Positions 57,344 through 64,000 of a stretch of DNA of 64,000 nucleotides are shown piece after piece. Location: contig CAVVYM010000003.1 of assembly GCA_963752505.1 (NCBI GenBank), positions 28,840 through 92,839 on the forward strand. The letters run 5' to 3'. The position numbers were made by a program, and so were the translations under genes. Every line of letters starts with the position of its first letter. Position 1 is the first letter of the stretch. The notes beneath the pieces are model-generated. The model had not been told where the DNA came from. It ran no database searches and saw nothing but the letters and a program-made list of their open reading frames with translations. This DNA is from an uncultured Actinomycetes bacterium (GTDB lineage Bacteria > Actinomycetota > Actinomycetes > S36-B12 > UBA10799).

Positions 57344-58321
57344 ATGCCAGCCGTTACCGTCGACGACATCCTGGTGCTACCCCGGGTGCACCGCCCCGAC
57401 CCGGCCGCCTCGAAGGCTCGTAGGGCCACCGCGGTGGTAACTGCCATGTCCACCTACGAAGGAGAGGGTTTCCCGGTTCGCCGACCATTCCCCGGAAAAC
57501 TGTCCCTGGTTGACACCGATCCGTTCCTGCTCCTCGACCAGATGGGCGCGGTGGAGTACGCCCCTGGTGAGCCGAAGGGGACGCCGTGGCACCCGCATCG
57601 CGGGTTCGAAACGGTCACCTACATCATGGACGGCGCCTTCGCCCACCGTGACTCAACTGGTGGGGGCGGCCTCATCAGCGATGGGGACACGCAGTGGATG
57701 ACCGCCGGTTCCGGACTCCTGCACATCGAGACGCCACCGGAGGACTTGGTCATCTCCGGCGGGCTGTTCCACGGCGTGCAACTGTGGGTCAACCTCCCAC
57801 GAGATGTGAAAATGGCTGCGCCGCGCTATCAGGATTTGTCGCGGTCCGACACCGTGCTGCTCGCCTCCGACGATGGCGGTGCCCTGATCCGTCTCATCGC
57901 GGGCGACCTCGACGGCCACTCCGGCCCAGGCATCACGTACACGCCGATCACCTATGCGCACGCAACTATCGAGCCTGGCGCGCAGATGTCAATTCCGTGG
58001 CGAGCCGACTACAACTCGATGGTCTACGTGCTCAGCGGTTCGGGTTCGGTGGGGCCCGACGCGCGCCCCATCCGTGAGGGTCAGATGGCGGTGTTGGGCG
58101 CGGGCGATCATCTCGTGGTCGCGGCCGACGCGGCACAGACGGCCCGTGCGCCCAAACTCGACGTACTGCTCCTCGGCGGCCAGCCTATTCGCGAGCCGAT
58201 CTTCCACTACGGTCCGTTCGTGATGAACACCAAGGACGAGGTGGTGCAGGCGGTCAACGATTTCCAGGCAGGTCGCATGGGCGTCATCCCGCCGGAACCC
58301 GAACTCGGCCGACGCAGCTAG
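57344..58321 (+). CDS. pirin family protein
   Basis: 325 aa with a cupin metal motif (HPHRGFETVTYIMDG...H) and a second C-terminal cupin domain. Confidence 0.9.
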   Translation: MPAVTVDDILVLPRVHRPDPAASKARRATAVVTAMSTYEGEGFPVRRPFPGKLSLVDTDPFLLLDQMGAVEYAPGEPKGTPWHPHRGFETVTYIMDGAFAHRDSTGGGGLISDGDTQWMTAGSGLLHIETPPEDLVISGGLFHGVQLWVNLPRDVKMAAPRYQDLSRSDTVLLASDDGGALIRLIAGDLDGHSGPGITYTPITYAHATIEPGAQMSIPWRADYNSMVYVLSGSGSVGPDARPIREGQMAVLGAGDHLVVAADAAQTARAPKLDVLLLGGQPIREPIFHYGPFVMNTKDEVVQAVNDFQAGRMGVIPPEPELGRRS

Positions 58322-59676
58322 GGCGCGCGGCGCAGGGCGCGCAGCGGGAGTCCCATGAGCAGGGCGGCCGCGATCGGCGAGCCAAGCCCGGTGGCTGTGC
58401 GCACCGCCACCCCATCGGCCTCCTCCGCTGGGCTGTCGCCCAGCACTTTCTCGAGGCCCGCCGGCACCAACAGGTAGTGGCGAATGGAGGGGGCGGCGCG
58501 GCCCCAGGCCCGGGAGAGTCCGCCGGGTTCGAGGGCGACGGGTGGGTTGATGCTGGCGGCGGTGGCATTCGCTTCGCGCAACCAGCCGCTGGCGGCTCGG
58601 CGACGATGCTCGAGCCCCTCCGCTGCCCTCCGGGCGTCGGCGTCGGCTACCGCGCCGGACAACTGGGACGCCAGGGTGCGCGCCATCTCGTTTCGTCCGA
58701 GTGCAGCTGCCCGATCCGCATAGAGTTCGGCCCACACCTCGGCCGCCGCGGTGCGCTGCGCCACCGCCGCGGCGAGCCGCTTCCGGCGACCGATCTTGGC
58801 CGTGAAGCCAGTGCGCGCTTGCTCGAGGTGGACGGCGGTGTCGGCCTGCACCAAGCCCAGTTCCGCCTGCGAGAGGCTACCGCCATCAGGCAGCGCATCC
58901 GGCTCGGAAACGATGGCGGCGCAGGCGTCTTGAGCTGCACGTAGCCCCGGCAGGTCGTGCTTGCCAATGGCGGCGACCACGGCGTCGGCGTCGGCGGTGG
59001 TGACGGCTGGGGGTTGCGGGGCCAACGATGCGGCGGTCAGGGGCTCGTCACTGGCGCTGCTCACGGTCGTGGCCCGTTCCCGCGCCGCGGCGCGGGCTGT
59101 CGCCGCGCTGGCATCGAGCGCCCTGCCCACGTGGAGCAAGGCATGTTCACCGGCAGTTGCCGACAGGCTCGGGGCCGTGGCGCTCGGTGGCGAGGAGGGT
59201 GAAACGGCCGCGATCGCAGCGAATCGGCAGGCGCCGCCAGCGTCACGCAGGTCGGCGAATGCCCCCGACGGTGCATCATGGCGCAACCACAACCACGCCT
59301 GCAATGCGACCGCCACAGCGTTGGAATCGGCATTGGGAACCAGCACGACCGAATCAACGCTAGGTGCCACGGCCGAATCCAGGAGGGTGTCGAGCTGCTC
59401 AAGGATGTCGTGGCCCACCCCAGCTTCGAAGACCACCCACACACGGGTGCGGCGGGGCAGATCGCGTTCGCGGAGCGAATCGAGCATGGTGCGGAGCTCG
59501 TCGAAGGCGGTGCCGGGCGAGGCGAGCACAAGAACAACCATGGCCGCGGTGGGCGCGGCCGGGGCATCGGCCACCGTCAATCGGCCGCCCAGCGCGGCGG
59601 CGACTGCCGACATCTCTTCGCCGAGCGGCAGCAGTAGACAGGGCGGTGGCGCGACTAGCGCGGATTCATCGGTCAT
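58318..59676 (-). CDS. hypothetical Ala-rich protein
   Basis: 452-aa ORF with high GC3. The N-terminal ~150 aa look globular (VVLVLASPG...VWVVFEAG...VVLVPNAD, alternating beta-alpha). The rest is Ala/Arg-rich and helical. No family was recognised. Confidence 0.45.
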   Translation of the reverse strand: MTDESALVAPPPCLLLPLGEEMSAVAAALGGRLTVADAPAAPTAAMVVLVLASPGTAFDELRTMLDSLRERDLPRRTRVWVVFEAGVGHDILEQLDTLLDSAVAPSVDSVVLVPNADSNAVAVALQAWLWLRHDAPSGAFADLRDAGGACRFAAIAAVSPSSPPSATAPSLSATAGEHALLHVGRALDASAATARAAARERATTVSSASDEPLTAASLAPQPPAVTTADADAVVAAIGKHDLPGLRAAQDACAAIVSEPDALPDGGSLSQAELGLVQADTAVHLEQARTGFTAKIGRRKRLAAAVAQRTAAAEVWAELYADRAAALGRNEMARTLASQLSGAVADADARRAAEGLEHRRRAASGWLREANATAASINPPVALEPGGLSRAWGRAAPSIRHYLLVPAGLEKVLGDSPAEEADGVAVRTATGLGSPIAAALLMGLPLRALRRAP

Positions 59677-59783
59677 GGCGGTCCCAGGCTAGTGGGCGCA
59701 GGCCCGCTGTCGATCGTCCACTGCGTCATCCGCCGGCACACCGAAGGGGATGAACCGGTCTACCATTGCGGCGGGAGGTGACC

Positions 59784-60689
59784 ATGAGGCATCAGGCGGC
59801 GCGGAGCGGGCGACCGCGCGTGCTCGCCCCTGCCCTGCTGGTCGTCTCGGTGCTGGGATTGTGGGGCATCGCCGCAGTAGTGGTGGCAGTCGCGATGCCC
59901 GATGGTCAGAGTGGGGCGGGTTCCTCGTCGTCGGCGGCGCCGTTCGCGCTGATCGACAATCCGAGTGCGGCCGAACTCGCCCAGCCCGGTGAACTCGGCG
60001 CGGATGCTGCGCCGCAATCAGCGCTTCCAGATGAGCCAGCCACGCGGGATGACTCCGGCCAGGGAGGCGCCACGAAGCGTCTGACCGACGTGATGTCCGG
60101 TGCCACCGTGCTACGCGTGGGCGACACTGGACTACCCGTCAAGTTCGTACAGCAGCGCTTGAACATGGCAGGAATCCAGACCCCCGAGAACTCGACCTAC
60201 GACGCCGCGACGGAGGCGTCGATAGCCCGACTCCAGGAGAAGTTCGACCTCCACCAATCCGGCCGCGTCAACCGATACACGCTCAGCACTCTGCTGCAGG
60301 TCACCGAGCGCGGCCCCGGACTCCCCGCGGAGTGCCTGTCGGGAACGGTCCTGTGCATCGACAAGACCCAGAAGGTGGTCCGCCTCGTGATTGACGGTGC
60401 CCCGGAGGTCACCCTCGACGCTCGGTTCGGCTCTTTCGGCACCGCCACCGACGAGGGGATGTTCACGGTCTACGACAAGCGGGCCGACGATTGGTCCGAG
60501 GAGTTCGGTGTGCCGATGAAGTACTCGCTGTACTTCTCGGGCGGCCAGGCGGTCCACTATTCCGACTTCTTCGCGACCGAGGGCTACACGGGTGCTTCCC
60601 GCGGCTGTGTGAACACCCGAGATCTGGCGGCGACTGCTGCCATGTACGAGATGGCGCCCAAGGGCACCTCGGTGTTCGTCTACGACTGA
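59784..60689 (+). CDS. L,D-transpeptidase with peptidoglycan-binding domain
   Basis: ATG at 59784 after GGGAGG. It has a signal/TM segment, a PG_binding_1-like segment (GDTGLPVKFVQQRLN...) and a YkuD catalytic motif (HYSDFF...GASRGCVN). Confidence 0.8.
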   Translation: MRHQAARSGRPRVLAPALLVVSVLGLWGIAAVVVAVAMPDGQSGAGSSSSAAPFALIDNPSAAELAQPGELGADAAPQSALPDEPATRDDSGQGGATKRLTDVMSGATVLRVGDTGLPVKFVQQRLNMAGIQTPENSTYDAATEASIARLQEKFDLHQSGRVNRYTLSTLLQVTERGPGLPAECLSGTVLCIDKTQKVVRLVIDGAPEVTLDARFGSFGTATDEGMFTVYDKRADDWSEEFGVPMKYSLYFSGGQAVHYSDFFATEGYTGASRGCVNTRDLAATAAMYEMAPKGTSVFVYD

Positions 60690-61687
60690 TGCCTGTGACC
60701 CCCTTGGCCCAGCTGGCATCCGCCGATGAAGCCGCGCGGCTGCTTGCTGCCGGCGGCCTCGTCGGTCTACCCACGGAGACCGTCTACGGGTTGGCCGCAG
60801 ACGCCGCCAACCTCGATGCGGTTCGCCGGGTCTTTCGGGTCAAGGGCCGACCCGCGGACCACCCGCTGATCGTTCACCTGGCCGACTCGACCGACCTCGA
60901 CCGCTGGGCTCGGGAAGTTCCGCCCCCACTGCGCGGACTCACCGATGAATACTGGCCAGGACCCCTCACGGTGATCGTGCCCAAACAGCCGTGGGTCCCG
61001 CTGGAGATCACCGGCGGCCTCGACACCGTGGCGCTGCGCGTTCCCGGCCAGCCGCTGGCACTGGCCGTGATCAACAGGCTGGCGGTCGTCACCGGCAGGC
61101 CATCGGCGGTGGTGGCGCCGAGCGCCAACCGCTTCGGGGCGGTGAGCCCCACCACCGCGGAGCACGTGCGCGCCGGCCTCGCGGGACGGCTGGGTCCAGG
61201 CGACGGGGTGCTCGATGGTGGTCCGTGCGCCGTGGGCGTGGAATCAACCATCGTTGCCTGGCTGGACCAGCGGTTGCAGGTGCTGCGCCCGGGGGCCGTG
61301 GTGGTAGATGAGGCCGACCAGGCGCCCGCGCCGCCATCGGGCCTACGTGCCCCGGGCACCCTGGCGGCACACTATGCCCCGCGCGCCCGAGTGGTGCTGG
61401 CGGATGATCCGGTGCGTGTCGACCCCAACGTCGCATCGCCGGTTGGGCTCCTCGCTCCGGCGGAGTTTCCGACCCCGCCCGGCTGGCTGCGGCTAGCGGC
61501 ACCGACCGACGCCGCCGGGTACGCCGAAGTGCTCTACGCGGCGTTGCGGCAGGCAGACGAGGCCGAGTTGGCGACCGTGGTCGCAGTCCCGCCCGCAGGC
61601 GGTTCGCTGCGGGGTGCGGTCGTGGATCGACTCAGCCGGGCTGCGGTGGGCTCGGATCCCCGCTGGGATCCTGATCGGCCACGATGA
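60689..61687 (+). CDS. L-threonylcarbamoyladenylate synthase (Sua5/TsaC2 type, with C-terminal Sua5 domain)
   Basis: ATG at 60689 overlaps the upstream stop (TGATG). 332 aa reading VGLPTETVYGLAADA...VFRVKGRPADHPLIVH...WPGPLTVIV...VALRVP...APSANRFG. Confidence 0.85.
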   Translation: MPVTPLAQLASADEAARLLAAGGLVGLPTETVYGLAADAANLDAVRRVFRVKGRPADHPLIVHLADSTDLDRWAREVPPPLRGLTDEYWPGPLTVIVPKQPWVPLEITGGLDTVALRVPGQPLALAVINRLAVVTGRPSAVVAPSANRFGAVSPTTAEHVRAGLAGRLGPGDGVLDGGPCAVGVESTIVAWLDQRLQVLRPGAVVVDEADQAPAPPSGLRAPGTLAAHYAPRARVVLADDPVRVDPNVASPVGLLAPAEFPTPPGWLRLAAPTDAAGYAEVLYAALRQADEAELATVVAVPPAGGSLRGAVVDRLSRAAVGSDPRWDPDRPR

Positions 61688-63863
61688 AGCCGATCGGCTC
61701 GTTGACGTTCTCGGCCGCTGTCAGCAGCGACTCCAGTTGCTCGTCGCTGGGCAGCGAATCGAGCGTGGTGCCCTTGAGACCCCACTTGCCCAGGGTGGCG
61801 TTGATGGAGTCGCGGGCGATCGCGAACTTGCGCGCCACGAGTCGCCTGCGGGCCCAATCGACTTCACGGCTGCGCAGCGCCTTCTCGATCCGAGCTTTCT
61901 CGGCCACCGAGCAGGGCAGCCGATAGGCGATGATCACCGCGTTGAGGGTGTCGATGCGGTAGTCGTGGCCGCGGCGTTCGAATCGTCCGGGCCGGAAGTT
62001 CATGCCGTTCTTGAGGTCTATCAGGGTGAGGACGAATGTGCTGATGGGCCGCCACATCACCTCGCGGGGCACGGTCGGCGGACGGGTATCCGGCTTGCCC
62101 ATCCACCACGGTGGGCGCACGACGATGCGGTAGCCGAACTTGTTCACCGGGTCGTCGTGATGCACGACCATCAGGTGGCGCATGCGATTGCGGACCTCGG
62201 CCGGTTCGTCGTCGAAGTAGTCAGGCTCGGACACCGCGAGCATCGTGCCATCCGGGTCGAATCGATCACGGGCGTGAATCCACGAGTTCCAGGTCAACGT
62301 GCGGAAGGGGACACCGAGGTACAGCCCGGCTTCCACGCCAAGTTCATCGAACACGTACGAGCCGCTCGGGTAGGCGATGTCAAGCGCCACCTGCGCACCG
62401 AGACTCTCGCCGAATTGCACCACTCTCGGCTTGCGGGCACCGGGCGGCAGGTCGGCGATCCGGTCGCGGATCCCGGCGAGTACCAGCCGCTGGAGTTTGG
62501 CGCCGTCACCGGTGTCAGCGAGCGCGAGGGCTGAGGGCACAAGCGCGTACTGCGGCATGACGATCGCGCAGTCGCCGCGAGTGAGGTATTCCAGTGCCTC
62601 GGCGAACACGTAGGACACGTAGCCGACGCCGGTGGGTGACGCGACGCAGATGATTTCACGCTCGAACGCGCCGAGCCGGTCCATCTCGGCCAGGCAGAGT
62701 TCAGCGCGCTCCTCGGTGCTGGGTGAAGCTTCAAAGCCAGCCACGATACGGATGGGAGCTTGTGCTCGCGGTGCCCCCGTCACATTTTTGATCTCCGCCG
62801 GGGTCAGCGCCATCAGTACGAACCGGCGGCCTTCCTTGCCGATGGCGTCGAACGGGATCTGCGAGCGTGGTCCGGCCGTGACATGTGGGTCCGTAGGGGG
62901 CTCAGGGTATGCGGCTTCCACGACGTCCCCGTGCACCTCGATGCGCCGCTTGACCCGGACGAGCGCCAGTAGACCGAGACCGGAGTAGAGGGTGAGCGCC
63001 ACAGCGTGGCCCAGCCAGGGACTGCCGACTTCGACCCGGCCCACGCGCCCGTGCAGCAGGGCCGCGGTGCGCTTGGCAACCAGTTGCTCCGAGCCGATGA
63101 CGGCAAGAAGCCCGACCCCGGCAGCCGTTCCCATGGCCACCGCCTTCACCGTGCCGATCGCTGGGGCGTGCTCCACGGCGACCCGATCCGGATCCACGAG
63201 GCCGTAGCGAATCGCCCGGCGCCGTCGGCCGATCACCGCGACTGTCGCGAGGCCGAAACCGAGCGCCATGTCTGCGATCAAGGTGCGATTCAGCAGCCGG
63301 CTGCTCCAACGCGTCTTGGCGAGCAACGAGTCGGTGGCAGTGACCAGGATGTTGGTGGCGCCGCCCATCATCGCGAAATGGCCGGCGAACCGTACGAGCG
63401 AACGATGCATCGGCTCGTCGGGATTCGGCGGAATGGCCTGCTCGATTGCCAGGCCGGTGCTGATGAAGGCCAGGTCGGCGAATAGTTGGGCGTTTACGGG
63501 GGCCCGGCGATTGTGCACGCTGTGGTCGCCGGAGGCGTACAGCGCAACGGTCTCCGCCGCGGCCGATGAGGTGGCGGTCAGGAAGTAGTGAATGGACGCC
63601 ACCACGCCGGTGGCCAAGGCCTGGTCGGTGGCGCTGCGCGGGAGCAGCCCCCGCGGGTAGGAACCGGAAACCGAAACGGCAGCTCCGATGATCCCGGCAC
63701 GCACCGACGGCAGCGACGGCGCAGCGCGCAATTTCGGCAGCAATCTGGCGATGGACTTGGAAACCGAGAAACGAACCACGCCGTCAAGGTACTGCAATAT
63801 GGAATCGGTGTGGTCGGTGAAGCCATTAGAGCGGCGTCTCCGAGTCACCCGGAGGGTGCCCAT
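61632..63863 (-). CDS. membrane-anchored alpha/beta-hydrolase family protein (Abhydrolase_9-like), long paralog
   Basis: 743 aa with an N-terminal polytopic region, then FGESLGAQ (GxSxG), HHDDPVNKF and RRGHDY motifs parallel to 3694..5238. The 3' end overlaps the convergent sua5-like gene by 56 nt. Confidence 0.65.
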   Translation of the reverse strand: MGTLRVTRRRRSNGFTDHTDSILQYLDGVVRFSVSKSIARLLPKLRAAPSLPSVRAGIIGAAVSVSGSYPRGLLPRSATDQALATGVVASIHYFLTATSSAAAETVALYASGDHSVHNRRAPVNAQLFADLAFISTGLAIEQAIPPNPDEPMHRSLVRFAGHFAMMGGATNILVTATDSLLAKTRWSSRLLNRTLIADMALGFGLATVAVIGRRRRAIRYGLVDPDRVAVEHAPAIGTVKAVAMGTAAGVGLLAVIGSEQLVAKRTAALLHGRVGRVEVGSPWLGHAVALTLYSGLGLLALVRVKRRIEVHGDVVEAAYPEPPTDPHVTAGPRSQIPFDAIGKEGRRFVLMALTPAEIKNVTGAPRAQAPIRIVAGFEASPSTEERAELCLAEMDRLGAFEREIICVASPTGVGYVSYVFAEALEYLTRGDCAIVMPQYALVPSALALADTGDGAKLQRLVLAGIRDRIADLPPGARKPRVVQFGESLGAQVALDIAYPSGSYVFDELGVEAGLYLGVPFRTLTWNSWIHARDRFDPDGTMLAVSEPDYFDDEPAEVRNRMRHLMVVHHDDPVNKFGYRIVVRPPWWMGKPDTRPPTVPREVMWRPISTFVLTLIDLKNGMNFRPGRFERRGHDYRIDTLNAVIIAYRLPCSVAEKARIEKALRSREVDWARRRLVARKFAIARDSINATLGKWGLKGTTLDSLPSDEQLESLLTAAENVNEPIGFIVADQDPSGDPSPPQPG

Positions 63864-63884
63864 CGTCGGTGTATAAATGGGCCC

Positions 63885-64000
63885 GTGGGCATCAAGCGGG
63901 TCATCAGTAGTGACGAGGACAAACCACTGCTGTTGACCGGTGTAGCGGTGAGTCTGCTCTGCGGCGCGCTGGCCGCGGGACTCGGCGCTGCCATCGACAC
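63885..64000 (+). CDS. hypothetical protein (5' fragment; runs off the right edge)
   Basis: GTG at 63885 opens the frame VGIKRVISSDEDKPLLLTGVAVSLLCGALAAGLGAAID, which reaches the window end. A TATAAAT element ends about 7 nt upstream, which suggests a possible leaderless start. The fragment is too short to assign. Confidence 0.25.
   Translation, partial: MGIKRVISSDEDKPLLLTGVAVSLLCGALAAGLGAAID

Noticed and set aside
63871-63887. TATAAAT element immediately upstream of GTG 63885 as evidence for a leaderless gene
   Set aside because: It is plausible, but only 116 nt of the ORF are in the window and the hexamer does not exactly fit TANNNT. It is kept only as a note on the low-confidence partial CDS.

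Overview
High-GC (about two-thirds G+C by eye) actinobacterial chromosomal core DNA. MshD, a GlnR-type orphan regulator and a Nur-like Fur protein point to a mycothiol-producing Actinomycetes lineage. From memory, gene order resembles the Streptomyces pstSCAB-mutT-ppk-mshD-glnR-nur neighbourhood. The window is very tightly packed, with many ATGA/GTGA/TGATG start-stop overlaps and convergent genes that abut or overlap. I saw no rRNA, CRISPR array, transposase, integrase or phage gene, and only one tRNA, tRNA-Gly(CCC). Recognisable blocks, left to right: (1) a GS-like ligase, a serine hydrolase and two alpha/beta hydrolases. (2) An orphan PqqD, an R2lox and a TetR regulator. (3) dcd and a FUSC-family protein. 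(4) A sulfur-themed stretch: a fused NarI-like/HdrD-like Fe-S reductase, cysD-cysNC plus a membrane protein, and an SQR-DUF1641-TusE-DsrE operon with its own HTH regulator. (5) The HspR regulon, dnaK-grpE-dnaJ-hspR-clpB. (6) An XRE regulator, a Lys-rich repeat protein and DUF2516. (7) A coupled small ORF-nitrobindin-Fur-YgfZ-Dtd chain, preceded by DUF4395-DsrE. (8) glnR, mshD, ppk, CYTH/CHAD, a Nudix-His-phosphatase fusion and PHO-box-controlled pstSCAB. (9) glgC/glgA. (10) Several uncharacterised proteins and two L,D-transpeptidases. The best candidate for undescribed biology is the sulfide-oxidation/sulfur-relay operon, whose regulator (HTH plus a PocR-like Cys-bearing domain) is not a known sulfide-sensor type. 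Second is the translationally coupled nitrobindin-Fur-YgfZ module with an unannotated 34-aa membrane ORF. All family assignments come from motif reading and memory, not database searches.
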